From NCBI GenBank assembly GCA_963801165.1, contig CAWDDT010000013.1:1-64000 (forward strand): a DNA stretch of 64,000 bases, read 5' to 3'. Below are positions 19,951-32,100 of this stretch, in pieces (within the stretch, counting starts at the first letter, position 1; each line of letters begins with the position of its first letter). Position numbers and translations under genes: made by a program. The notes under the pieces were generated by a model. The model did no database searches. It worked only from the letters and a program-made list of their open reading frames with translations, and had not been told where the DNA came from. The stretch comes from an uncultured bacterium. GTDB lineage: Bacteria > Actinomycetota > Acidimicrobiia > Spongiisociales > UBA5794.

Positions 19951-20024
19951 TGGGCCCGGCAGGACTCGAACCTGCGACCTACGGATTATGAGTCCGCTGC
20001 TCTGACCGACTGAGCTACGAGCCC
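19951..20024 (-). tRNA. tRNA with CAT anticodon, most likely tRNA-Ile2 (lysidine type)
   Basis: GGGCTCGTAGCTCAGTCGGTCAGAGCAGCGGACTCATAATCCGTAGGTCGCAGGTTCGAGTCCTGCCGGGCCCA folds into a cloverleaf. G1-C72 pair and no GGG/CCC anticodon stem, so not the initiator. CCA not encoded. Confidence 0.9.
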
Positions 20025-20098
20025 GAATACGGGATGTGATCCTACCGCAGGACGAGCAGCGAACTACGACCGCAGCGACCGGGCCGCCGAACACAGAC

Positions 20099-20971
20099 TC
20101 AGTGGCTCCGGTCGAGCTGTAGCTCCTCATCGAGCCTGGCGAGCTTGAGCGGGTTGCGGATCGCATAGATCCGGCTGATGCGCCCATCCTCGATGACGAG
20201 GCTGATTGCGGTGTCGAGCGCGCCGTCGAGGTCGATTCGCACCGCAGGCGCTCCGTTGAGCGTAATGGGCCCGAGTTCGGCGTTCGGGGCTGCCCTCCCG
20301 AAGCTGGCCAGCAGGTTGGCCACCCGATCCGCACCGGCGACCGGCTGTCGCACCGCAGCCACCACACCGCCACCGTCGGCGACCAGAACCACGTCGGGGG
20401 CAAGGACGTCGAGCAGACCCTGGATATCGCCCGACCTGAGCACCGCCAGGAACCGCTCCACGACCACTTGCTGCTCTCCGGCGGTGACACGAACGCGGGG
20501 CCGTCGTGCCGCGACGTGCTCGCGGGCTCGGTGGGCGATCTGCCGAATCGCAGCCGGCGTCTTGCCCACGGCCTCTGCGATCTCGTCATAAGGGGTGTCG
20601 AAGACCTCGCGCAGGACAAACACCGCACGCTCGGTCGGCCCCAGGGTCTCCAACACAGTCAGCATCGCGATCGACACGCTCTCGGCAAGCACAACGTCGT
20701 CGGCAACATCGGGTTGGGTCAACACCGGCTCGGGAAGCCACTCCCCCACATAGTCCTCACGCCGGCGGGACAGCGTGCGCAGCCTGTTGAGCGCCTGCCG
20801 GGTGACTATGCGTACGAGATAGGCGCGCGGGTCGCGCACCTCGTCGTGGTCGACGTCCGCCCACCGCAGCCAGGTCTCTTGCACAACATCCTCGGCGTCG
20901 GCTGCCGAGCCGAGCATCTCGTAGGCGACGGTGAAGAGCAGGCTGCGATGGGTGACGAACGGATCGATCAT
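20099..20971 (-). CDS. sigJ: ECF41 (SigJ-like) RNA polymerase sigma factor with C-terminal SnoaL-like domain
   Basis: AYEMLGSAADAEDVVQE; YVGEWLPEPV; DGGG; RNPLKL; ATGA overlap with the upstream CMD gene. Confidence 0.9.
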   Translation of the reverse strand: MIDPFVTHRSLLFTVAYEMLGSAADAEDVVQETWLRWADVDHDEVRDPRAYLVRIVTRQALNRLRTLSRRREDYVGEWLPEPVLTQPDVADDVVLAESVSIAMLTVLETLGPTERAVFVLREVFDTPYDEIAEAVGKTPAAIRQIAHRAREHVAARRPRVRVTAGEQQVVVERFLAVLRSGDIQGLLDVLAPDVVLVADGGGVVAAVRQPVAGADRVANLLASFGRAAPNAELGPITLNGAPAVRIDLDGALDTAISLVIEDGRISRIYAIRNPLKLARLDEELQLDRSH

Positions 20972-21558
20972 GTGGCCGACGCTACATCCCGCGGCCTCTC
21001 GGCGAGAGGCTTCAGCCCGCACGCCGCAGCAAACCCCTGAGCTTCGATGCCGAAGGCGATGTTGGTTCTCGTGTACACGTTTGCCAATGCGATGAAGGCG
21101 GACAGTTCCACCAGCGCCGCCGCTCCGAGCGCCTCCAGCAGCCGGGCCGACAGCTCGTCTGTCACCGCCGGCGGGGTCTGACTCATCGCCTCGGCGTACT
21201 CCATCACATCGCGCTCGAGCGGCGTGAAGACGCTGGACTCGTGCCAACGCGGCACCTCCCGGGCCTTCGACTCGTCGAGGCCTTCGTTGTGGGCCATGAA
21301 GTAGCCGAAGTCGAGACACCACGTACATCCGAGCAACGACGCGACCGCCATGTGGGCAAATGACTTCAGGTTCTCTTCGCACTCATTCCACCTCCGGGAC
21401 TTCTGGCCGAGGCCCAGGTAGAACTTCAATACCCCGGGGTTGTGCCAATACACCCCTACCGGCTCCGGTACGTCTCCGAGCATCTTCTTGCTGAACCTCC
21501 TCACCAGTGCCCCACGAAAACCGGTGATCTCGGTCTGGGGAATCCTTGTCTGCGACAT
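20968..21558 (-). CDS. Carboxymuconolactone decarboxylase/AhpD-like protein
   Basis: ASLLGCTWCLDFG; FTPLERDVMEYAEAM; GGAGG RBS; canonical ECF41 partner. Confidence 0.88.
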   Translation of the reverse strand: MSQTRIPQTEITGFRGALVRRFSKKMLGDVPEPVGVYWHNPGVLKFYLGLGQKSRRWNECEENLKSFAHMAVASLLGCTWCLDFGYFMAHNEGLDESKAREVPRWHESSVFTPLERDVMEYAEAMSQTPPAVTDELSARLLEALGAAALVELSAFIALANVYTRTNIAFGIEAQGFAAACGLKPLAERPRDVASAT

Positions 21559-21594
21559 GTTGACCTCCTGACTGGTCCGTTGGTTGTCCATGAA

Positions 21595-21621
21595 GACACC
21601 ACCCGGAGCTCTGTTGTGACA
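21595..21621 (-). promoter_or_regulatory. ECF41-type promoter
   Basis: Minus strand TGTCACA-N16-TGTC, matching the established ECF41 consensus TGTCACA-n16-CGTC, upstream of the CMD gene. Confidence 0.75.
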
Positions 21622-21652
21622 CGTGTGGCCAAGATTCGTGGCTACCACCGTG

Positions 21653-21737
21653 ATTCGATAGATATCGAATGCCATCTCCGGATTCGATTTACTTGACCAC
21701 CCGGGCGATCTGCGGTAGAGTTCGAAAGATATCGAAC
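21653..21737. promoter_or_regulatory. Two palindromic operators, probably ArsR autoregulation
   Basis: ATTCGATAGATATCGAAT (21653-21670) and GTTCGAAAGATATCGAAC (21720-21737) immediately upstream of the ArsR gene. Confidence 0.6.
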
Positions 21738-21753
21738 GAGCAGTGGAGATTCG

Positions 21754-22857
21754 ATGCCCACCGACAGTCCAAAGGTACGCGACTTCACCAGCCGGGAGCG
21801 CAAGCCGAGCGTTGCCGTCCGCACCTCCCCGGTATATGAGCTGCTCCTCTCGCTGTTTGTCTTGGGTGGCAGGGCGAGCGCCGACCAGTACGAGTGTGGT
21901 CTGGGGTTCTTCGAGCAGCTCCCTGCCACCGCAGACGAGGAGCTCCGCACCCAACTCGCCTCGTTCGCAGGCTGCCAGCAACTGTGGCTGTCTTTCATCG
22001 GTCTCTTCGGTGACAGAAAGGCACCTGCCAACATCGACGCATTCGTCGATCACCTCAATGCGATGGACCCCCTCGCTCTCTGGCGTCTGTTCATCGACAG
22101 CGAGTGCGACGACGCCGAGACCGCCTCGCCCGCCGATCTGCAAGCCGCCGCTGCGGGAGACGAGGAGGCGCTCGCCCGGCTCCTCGCATCGGACGAGATC
22201 ACGCCCGCACGAAAGAAACTCATCGGCGACCCGCCCGAGGTCACCCTCCTGCGCATCATCGCTGTATTGCGCGGAGTGAACGACATCCTGGGCTCGTCGA
22301 TCGATGAGATCATGCCGGCGTTGCGCCGCGACGCCGCCGAGAAGCGAGCCATGGCAACGAGTCTCGACGCCCCCAGCCTCGTCGAAAGCGCCACAAACGG
22401 TGTCACCTTCGATGCCAGCAGGGCTTTCCGTGGCGTCGTGCTCATCCCGAGCAACATCATCAGGCCATGGACGGTGCTCTCCGAGAACGACGGGTTTGGT
22501 ATCTTCGCCTACTCGGTCGCCGACGAGCACCTAAACGCTGATCCGGATACGCCACCCACCTACCTGGTCGACCTCTTCAAGGCACTCGGCGACGAGCGGC
22601 GGCTCCGCATGCTGGCGATGCTGTCGGAGGGAGACCATAACCTCACCGAGATCGCCGACCGGGTCGGGCTCGCCAAGTCGACCACCCACCACCACCTCAG
22701 GACGCTTCGCAGCGCTGGGCTGGTGCGTGTCATCGTCGGCGAGGACAAGCGATACAGCTTGCGCCGCGACCGCCTGCCGGACACCGGCAACCTACTCAAG
22801 GCCTACCTTTCCCGACCGGTCGAAACACCGGTCGCCGTCCCCGCAGAGAGAAGTTGA
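21754..22857 (+). CDS. ArsR/SmtB-family regulator with long N-terminal domain
   Basis: C-terminal FKALGDERRLRML..LTEIADRVGLAKSTTHHHLRTLRSAGLV. Confidence 0.85.
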   Translation: MPTDSPKVRDFTSRERKPSVAVRTSPVYELLLSLFVLGGRASADQYECGLGFFEQLPATADEELRTQLASFAGCQQLWLSFIGLFGDRKAPANIDAFVDHLNAMDPLALWRLFIDSECDDAETASPADLQAAAAGDEEALARLLASDEITPARKKLIGDPPEVTLLRIIAVLRGVNDILGSSIDEIMPALRRDAAEKRAMATSLDAPSLVESATNGVTFDASRAFRGVVLIPSNIIRPWTVLSENDGFGIFAYSVADEHLNADPDTPPTYLVDLFKALGDERRLRMLAMLSEGDHNLTEIADRVGLAKSTTHHHLRTLRSAGLVRVIVGEDKRYSLRRDRLPDTGNLLKAYLSRPVETPVAVPAERS

Positions 22858-22858
22858 G

Positions 22859-23065
22859 ATGCAAGGACCTATCAACCTCGACCTGGCCAGAACACTGGCC
22901 GCCGAGCACATCCCCTCGGGACCTCAACACGACATTTCAGCAGACTCCGGCTCGACGCCGACACTGCGCCACCGGCTGGGCAACCGGCTCATCCGGATCG
23001 GCGAGTCCCTGGCCGAGCCGGGCGAGTTGCAGCTGACGGTGAGTACCGGGCGACCGCGCCTGTAG
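22859..23065 (+). CDS. Small hypothetical protein (68 aa)
   Basis: ATG 1 bp after the ArsR stop; LRHRLGNRLIRIGESLA. Confidence 0.55.
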   Translation: MQGPINLDLARTLAAEHIPSGPQHDISADSGSTPTLRHRLGNRLIRIGESLAEPGELQLTVSTGRPRL

Positions 23066-23099
23066 GTACTGCCAATACCCGCACACACGCTGCATCATT

Positions 23100-23135
23100 G
23101 AGACCGGCGTCGAGATGCCTCCCGTCGCCGGTCTC
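23100..23135. terminator. Hairpin between convergent genes
   Basis: GAGACCGGCG...CGCCGGTCTC, 10-bp stem. Confidence 0.55.
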
Positions 23136-23146
23136 TCGCGTTCTGA

Positions 23147-26100
23147 TCAGACAGGCACGCGCACCGGCATCCCGTGCATGGCAGCCGGGTTGGGCGCCGC
23201 CTCACGCATCAAGCCGGCAATCGACGGTTCGTCCTTCTCGTACCGGAAGAAGATGCGCCAGCTCTCGGCGTGCTCCTCGTTGCCCACCACAAGGCTGTGC
23301 ATGTTGGCGAACTCGATGGGGACCGGATACTGATGCTCGAGGAAATGTGCGTCACGGTTGCGGTATGCGGCCGCCACCGACTCCCCTACCTCCTCGGCAA
23401 AGGTGTTCTGGGTGGTCGGCGCGTCGCCCGTCCAATTCCACCACCAGTACACCGAAGCGCCCAGCAACAGTCGCTTCAGCGAGTTGGCTGAGAACCGGAC
23501 CGGTGGGCCGTAAAGCGCCACGTGCAAGTCGTGGCCGGCCGTAATCGGCAGCAAGTCCTCGCTGCCGTAGATACGATCCACGAGATCCGCAACCACCCCG
23601 TGGGTCCGGTGGTCTTCGCGGAAGACCACCTCGGGAACCTGTTCTGTGATGAACTCGGAATACACCCACCCGTCACCTTCGGGGGTCTCCACCTCGACCC
23701 AGACTTCGCTGCGGACCATTGTCCGCGCTCCGGTGGTGATGATGCCCTTTTCGTCCTCCCTGAAGCGATGAATCACACGCTGGTGTGCTCCCGCCTCCTC
23801 ACGAACGGGGACGCCTGCCTGCGACGGGGCCATCACGATGTCGACCCGTTTCTTGTCGACGAGCGGCAGAGCGGTCGGGGCACTCGAGAACACAAACCGG
23901 CGGCTGAAACCGAGATACAAAGACGCCACAAGCAGAAGCAACAGCACGAAGGACGGGAGCCGGAGGGCCAGGAAGGTCCCCAGAACGGAGCCGATCATGA
24001 GCCGCAGCCCGACCACCACAGAGGTCCTACCGTGGCTGCCGTCACCGTCGCCACCGAACACCGACCCGACGCTGACGTGATCCGACACCAGCGACGGGAT
24101 GCCGACGAGTTCGGCCGGGATCTCCACCGCCACCCGCAACAGAGCTGTGGCGCGTACTCCCGCCGGGTCCGTGGCGACATACGCAAGTGCCGGCACATCC
24201 TTGACGACGCCGTGGAGGTCAAACACGAACACGCCGGCGGAGACCTGCTGGACGGTGCTCGATGGCGGCGCTTCCAGCAGGTATGACAGCTGGTCCCCAT
24301 CGATGTCAGCGGCGAAATCGTCGAGATCGACCGTCAGCGTGCTGCCGGACCGACCCACCACGGCGGCGTCATGGGCCAGCGGAGCATCGTTCACCGGGTT
24401 GATGGTGAGTTTCACCTCGGCCGAGCCCGTCAGGTCACCGTCGGTGATCTCGTAGATGAAAGAGTCCACGCCGTTGTAGTCCCGCTCCGGCTTGTACGTG
24501 AAGACACTGCCGGTGTTCCAGGTGACCGATCCGTGCTCCGGATCGCCGACACCCACGATCTGCACCGGCTCGTTGTTCGGGTCTGAGTCGTTGTTGAGAG
24601 GTCGGAACACCGCCGTCGTGTCCTCATCGAGCACAACCACGTCCCCCACCGCAGTGGGAGCTACGTTCTCCTCGATGGCGATCTGGACTGCGATCGGCTC
24701 CGACTGCCTCATTCCATCGTCGACGCGGTACTCGAAGCCGTCGAGGTCGCCGGCGCTGCCGTCGTGCTCATAGCGGAACGAACCACCGTCGCCGAGTGAC
24801 AGCGTGCCGTGTGTCGGGCTGCTTTGGACGACCGCCGTCAGCGCAGCCCCCTCGTAGTCGTGATCGTTTGTCAGGACACCCGGTGCTTCAATGGTCAGCA
24901 CGCCGCCTCTCCTCACGACATAGCCGTCGGCGTCGCCCACCGGCGCGTAGTTCGGCGTGATGGTCACGGTGACGGTCCCGGTTGCGGACAGGTCTCCGTC
25001 GGAGACCCTGTATGCGAACGTGTCGGTGCCGGCGGCAGTCACATCGGGTGTGTACACGTATGCTCTCGGGCCACCGCTCAAGCTGCCCTTGGCCGGCTCG
25101 TTCTGAAGGGAGTACGAGATGGCGTCGCCGTCCGGATCGCTACCGGCGAGCACGAGCGAGATCGGGACACCGGCATCGGCCTCGAGATGCAGGTCGGTGG
25201 CGACGGGGGCACGATTCGTGTTGTCGACACGCCAGGTAAATGTCGTCGCGGTAGACCGCTGCGGGCTGCCGCTGTCGCCGGCGGTCACCGTCACCGCGTA
25301 TGGCGACCTGGCGGCCGCGTCGAACGGCAACGTGCCTGTGATGCGTCCGCTGGCAGCATCGATGCTGAGCCCGGGCGGGAGACCGCTTGCCGTGTAGTGC
25401 AGTGTGTTCGCAGGTATGTCGCTGTCACTGGCCATAATGTCGAGGGTGACATTGTCGTTCTCGCTCGACACCTGGTAGCCCGGGTTGACGACGACCGGCG
25501 CCGCGTTGACCTCCGTGACGGTGATGGTCACCTGACGCAACCCGGAGAGGCTCGGCGTACCGTTGTCGGTGGCCACCACGTTGAACGAGTAGCCGCCGGG
25601 GCCCTGGGACTCGCTCGGTGTCCACGTGAAGACCCCGCCCGACGTCATCGCCGACCCGGCCGGAGCTCCACTGAGTGAGAAGGCGACCGAATCGTTCTCG
25701 ATGTCGGAGGCTGAGGCAGTGAAGGAGATCAGCTGCTGCTCCCCGCCGGTCCGGTTGGAGATCGGGGCGATGGTTGGGGCATCATTGACCGGGGTAACGG
25801 TGATGTGGAGCGTGGCGACATCCATCCCTCCCCTGCCGTCCGAGAGGCTGTATGAGACCGAGTCGGGACCGTTATAGTTCGGATTCGGAAGATACGAGAT
25901 CCCGCCGGCGGCGACCTGCGCAGACCCGTGGGAAGGCGCCCCCAAACCCGCGATCGACAGCGGATCACCGTCGGGGTCCATGTCGTTGCCCAGCACGTTG
26001 AACACGCGGACCGAGTCCTCGGCGACGGTGCCCGCGTCGTCGCTGCCGATCGGGTTACGGTTGGTGTCCCCGACGGTCCAGCCGAACGTCGTCTGTCCGG

Positions 26101-29100
26101 TGCCGTTTGGCGAACCGTTGTCGATGACCGAGACGGTAGCGGTGTAAGGGGACGAGGCGTTGGCCGTGTAGCCGATCGTGCCGGTTATCTGCCCGGTTCC
26201 GGAATTGATGGCGAGACCCGGCGGCAGACCCGCGGCTGAGTAGATGAGCGTGTTCGCAGGCACGTCGCTGTCGACGGCCGCGATGCTCAACGAGACCGTC
26301 TGGTTCTCCGCTGACGACTGGGAACCCGGAGATACAACGACGGGAAAGCGTTGGTCTCACCAACCGTCACAGAGAGCGCCGCGCTGTCTCCCAGGCTCGG
26401 GGTGCCGTCGTCGGCTACCGCGACGGTGAAAGCGTAGGTGCCCGGGCCCTGTGCCTCCGTCGGCGTCCAGCTGAATGCCCCTGTCGCCGGGTCGATCGTT
26501 GCGCCGGCGGGTGCCCCCGACATTGTGAAGGAGAGGGAGTTGTTGGGTATGTCGGAGTCACCCGCCGGGACACTGAAAGCTATCGGGGTCAGCTCGTCGC
26601 CGCTCTGTGGAGCCATCGCCCCGAGCGCGGGCGCGGAGTTCACCTCACCCACGGTGACGTCGACCGTCTGTGCGTCGGAAAGGGCTGGAGTGCCGGCGTC
26701 GGTCACGACGACATCGAAGCTGTAGACGTTGGGGCCCTGGGCTTCGGTCGGCACCCAGCTGAAATCACCGGTAACAGCGTCGATTGTCGCTCCCGCCGGT
26801 TCCCCGGCGAGGCCGAAGCTGAGCGTGTCGGTCGGATCCGGATCGCTGGCCGTTGCGGTGAAGGTGATCGCGGTCTGCTCGTCACCCGTCTGGTTCGCCA
26901 ACGGGCTGAGCGTCGGGGACGCGTTGACGACATTCACGGTACGGGTGCGCTGCACGGCCGCGTTCCCGTTGCTGTCGGTGACGTTGTACCTGACCGGGTA
27001 GGGCCCGACCACGGAGGTGTTCACCGCAGAGGCATCGATCACTACTGAACCGGTCAGATCGCCGTCATAGTTGTCGGTCGCCGTCGCCCCCAACTCCACA
27101 TACGGGCTGCCCACGTCGACGGTCTGCGGATTCGAGCCGGTCAGCGTGATCACCGGCGCCGTTGTATCGACCACGTTGACGGTTCGGGTCCGCTGCACCG
27201 CGGCATTGCCGTTGGCGTCGGTGACGTTGTACGTCACCGGGTACGACCCGACCACCGACGTGTTCACCGCCGACACATCGATCACGATGGAGCCCGAGAT
27301 GTCGCCGTCGTAGTTGTCGGTGGCATTGGCTCCCAACTCGACGTACGGGCTACCCACCTCGATCGTCTGCGGATTCGCCCCGGTGAGCGTGATCACCGGC
27401 ACAGTCGTGTCGACGACGTTGACGGTGCGGAAGGCGCTTGCCGGGTTGCTGCTGCTGTCGGCAACGTCGTAGGCGACAACGTAAGAGCCGACGGTGGTCG
27501 TGTCGACGGCAGATGCGTCGATCACGATGGAGCCGGTCAGATCGCCGTCGTAGTTGTCGGTCGCCGTCGCCCCCAACTCGACGTACGGGCTACCCACCTC
27601 GATCGTCTGCGGATTCGCCCCGGTGAGCGTGATAACAGGCACCGTCGTGTCGACAACGTCGACGGTCCGACTGCGCTGGACGGCCGCGTTCCCATTCGAA
27701 TCGGTCACGTTGTAGGTCACGGGGTAGGAACCGACTACCGACGTGTTCACCGCCGACGCATCGATCACGATCGACCCGGTCAAATCACCGTCATAGTTGT
27801 CCGTCGCCGTCGCCCCCAACTCCACATACCCGCTGCCCACGTCGATCGTCTGCGGATTGGCGCCCTGAACAACGATATCTGGCGCAGTGGTGTCGACGAC
27901 CTGAACGGTGCGCGTCAGTGGCAACGCCGCGTTGCCGTTTGCATCTGTGACGTCGTAGGTCACGGGGTAGGAACCGACTACCGACGTGTTCACCGCAGAC
28001 GCATCAATCACGATCGACCCGGTCAGATCACCGTCGTAATTATCCGTAGCCGTCGCCCCCAACTCGACGTACGGGCTACCCACCTCGATCGTCTGCGGAT
28101 TCGCCCCGGTAAGGGCGATCACCGGCGCAGTTGTATCGACAACATCAACGGTGCGGGTCTGCTGGCTGGCCGGGTTTCCCTGTGAATCCGTCACGTCGTA
28201 GGTGACCAGATACGATCCGACCACCGCCGTGTTCACAGCCGAGGCGTCGACGACTATCGAAGCAGTCACGTCACCGTCGCCGGCATCCGATGCGGTCGCC
28301 CCCAACTCCACATACGGGCTGCTCACCTCGATCGTCTGCGGATTGGCGCCCACCAACGTGATCACCGGCGCAGCCGTATCCACGACGTTCACCGTCCTCG
28401 TCACCTCGACCGCCGGGTTGCCGTTGGCGTCTGTGACGTTGTAGGTGACCGGGTACGACCCCACCGTCGCCGTATTGACGGCGGAGGCATCGATCACGAT
28501 CGAACCGGTCAAATCACCGTCGTAATTGTCCGAAGCCGTCGCCCCCAACTCCACATACGCCGACCCCGCCTCCACGATCTGCGGATTCGAGCCATCCAGC
28601 GTGATCACCGGCGCCGTTGTATCGACCACGTTGACGGTTCGGGTCCGTTGCACCGCCGCATTCCCGTTGCCGTCTGTGACGTCGTAGGTCACCCAGTACG
28701 AGCCGAGTGTCGTAGTGTCGACCGCCGAGGTGTCGATCACAATCGATCCGGTGATGTCACCGTCGTAGTTGTCGAGGGCTGACGCCCCCAACTCGACATA
28801 GGGGCTAAACACCTCGATGACCTGCGGGTTCGCACCATTGAGCGTGATAACCGGTGCCGTCGTGTCGACGACCTGTACGGTGCGGGTCCGCTGCGCCGCT
28901 GCATTCCCGTTGCTGTCGGTGACGTCGTAGGTAACCGGGTAGGAACCAACCACCGACGTGTTCACCGCCGAGGCATCGATCACGATCGACCCGGTCAAAT
29001 CACCGTCATAGTTGTCGGAGGCGGTCGCTCCGAGCTCTGCGTATGGGCTGCCAACCTCGACGGTCTGCGGATTGGGCGCCCGTCAATGTGATAATCGGAG

Positions 29101-32100
29101 CGGTCGTGTCTTCGATATCCACGGTGCGCACCACCTGCACCGCCGCATTCCCGTTACTGTCGGTGACGTCGTAGGCACCGGGTACGAGCCGACTACCGAC
29201 GTGTTCACCGCCGACGCGTCGATCACGATCGACCCGGTCAAATCACCGTCATAGTTGTCGGAAGCCGTGGCTCCGAGCTCTGCGTATGGGCCGCCGACCT
29301 CGATGAGCTGCGGATTGGCCCCCACCAGGGTGATCACCGGCAATGTGGTGTCGACGACCTGTACGGTGCGGGTCCGCTGGACCGCCGCATTCCCGTTGCT
29401 GTCGGTGACGTCGTAGGTCACCCAGTACAAACCGACGGTCGCCGTGTCCACCGCCGAGGCGTCGATCACGATCGACCCGGTCAGATCACCGTCATAGTTG
29501 TCCGAAGCCGTCGCCCCCAACTCGGTGTACGCCGACCCCACCTCGATCGTCTGCGGGTTCGAGCCGACGAGCGAGATCACCGGCAATGTCGTGTCGACGA
29601 CATCGACCGTTCGCACCACCTCGACCGCTGCATTCCCGTTGCCGTCGCTGACGTCATAGGTGACCGGGTAGGAGCCAACCACCGACGTGTTCACCGCAGA
29701 CGCATCGATCACGATCGACCCGGTCAAATCCACCGTCGACGTTGTCGGTTGCCGTCGCCCCCAATTCGGTATACGACCCACCAACCTCAATTGTCTGCGG
29801 ATTCGAGCCGACCAGGGTGATCACTGGGCGGTGTCGTATCAACAACATCAACCGTCCGAGCGACCTGCGACGCCGCATTGCCCTCGCTGTCGCTCACGTC
29901 ATACGTCACCGAATACGAACCCAGCACCGACGTGTTCACCGCAGACGCGTCGACCACGATCGAACCCGAAATATCACCGTCATAGTTGTCCGACGCAGTC
30001 GCACCCAACTCGGTGTACGACCGACCCCACCTCGACGGTCTGCGGATTCGCCCCCGACAAGCGAGATGACCGGACCGTCGTGTCGACGACATCCACCGTC
30101 CGCGTCCGCTGCACCGCCGCATTCCCATTACCGTCGGTCACGTCGTAGGTCACCCAGTACGAGCCGACGGTCGCCGTGTCCATCGCCGAGGCGTCGATCA
30201 CGATCGACCCGGTCAGATCACCGTCATAGTTGTCCGACGCCGTCGCCCCCAACTCGATATACGACCCACCAACCTCGATCGTCTGCGGATTCGACCCCAC
30301 CAGCGAGATCACCGGCAGCGTCGTATCCACCACATCCACCGTGCGCACTACCTGGACGGCCGCATTGCCCTCGCTATCGGTCACGTCATACGTCACCGAG
30401 TACGAACCCACCACCGACGTGTTCACAGCAGACGCATCAATCACGATCGAACCCGAAATATCACCGTCGTGGTCATCGCTTGCGGTGGCTCCCAGCTCCA
30501 CATACGCCGACCCCACCTCGACAGTCTGCGGATTGGCCCCAACAAGGGTGATCACAGGCGGTGTCGTATCCACCACATCCACCGTGCGGAACACGGTCGC
30601 CGGGTTGCCGTTGCTGTCGACAACCGAATAGGAGACCAGGTACGACCCCACCGTCGCCGTATTGACGGCAGACGCATCAATGACGATCGAACCCGAAATG
30701 TCACCGTCATAGTTGTCCGACGCAGTCGCCCCCAACTCGGCATACGACCCACCCACCTCGATCGTCTGCGGATTCGCCCCCACCAACGTGATCACCGGCG
30801 CCGTCGTGTCGACGACCTGCACCGTCCGCGTCCGCTGCACCGCCGCATTCCCGCTGCTGTCTGTCACGTCGTAGGTCACCCAATACAAACCGACGACGGA
30901 GGTATTCACCGCAGACGCATCGATCACGATCGAGCCCGAAATGTCACCGTCATAGTTGTCCGAAGCCGTCGCCCCCAACTCCGCATACGCCGACCCCACC
31001 TCGACAGTCTGCGGATTCGAGCTGACCAGCGTGATCACCGGAGCGGTCGTGTCTACGACATCCACCGTCCGCACCACCTGCACCGCCGCATTCCCGTTGC
31101 TGTCGGTCAGGTCGTAGGTCACCGAGTACGAACCAACCACAGACGTGTTGACTGTCGAGGCGTCGATCACGATCGACCCGGTCAAATCACCGTCATAGTT
31201 GTCCGAAGCGGTCGCCCCCAACTCGGTGTAGGACGCACCAACCTCGATCGTCTGCGGATTGGCCCCCACCAACGTGATCACCGGAGCGGTCGTATCTTCT
31301 ATAAGCACGGTGCGCACGACCTCGACCGCTGCATTCCCGTTGCTGTCGGTAACGTTGTAGGAAACCGCGTACGAGCCAACTACCGACGTGTTCACCGCAG
31401 ACGCGTCGATCACGATTGAGCCCGAGTATATCACCGTCATAGTTGTCCGAAGCGGTCGCCCCAAGCTCCGTATACGCCGACCCCACCTCAATTGTCTGCG
31501 GATTCGCCCCCACCAACGTGATCACCGGCACCGTTGTGTCTACGACCTGCACGGTACGGGTCCGCTGCACCGCCGCATTCCCGTTGCTGTCTGTCACGTC
31601 GTAGGTCACCCAGTACAACCCGACGGTCGCCGTGTCGACCGCCGACGCATCGATCACGATCGACCCGGTCAAATCACCGTCATAGTTGTCGGAAGCCGTG
31701 GCTCCGAGCTCCGTGTACGGACTGCCGACCTCGACCAGCTGCGGATTGGCCCCGACCAAGGTGATCACCGGCGACGTCGTGTCCACCACCTCGACCGTGC
31801 GCACCACCTCGAGGGCCGCATTGCCCTCGCCATCGGTGACGTCATACGTTACCGAATACGAACCGACCACCGATGTGTTCACGCGACGACGCATCGACCA
31901 CGATCGACCCGGAGATATCACCGTCATAATTGTCCGAAGCCGTCGCCCCAAGCTCCACATACGCCGAACCCACCTCGATCGTCTGCGGATTCGCCCCCAC
32001 CAGGGTGATCACCGGAGCGGTCGTATCCACCACATCAACCGTCCGCACCACCTGCGTCGCAGCATTGCCCTCGCTATCGGTCACGTCGTAGGTAACCGAA

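Noticed and set aside
19951-20024. Initiator tRNA-fMet
   Set aside because: Has a G1-C72 pair and lacks three consecutive G-C pairs in the anticodon stem. Elongator Met is not fully excluded.
20099-22530. Long N-terminal extensions of ORFs 20099-21382 and 20968-22530 (also 45304-46638, 39191-40180, 53545-54465)
   Set aside because: They overlap neighbouring genes; RBS positions, ATGA overlaps and domain starts support the shorter calls.
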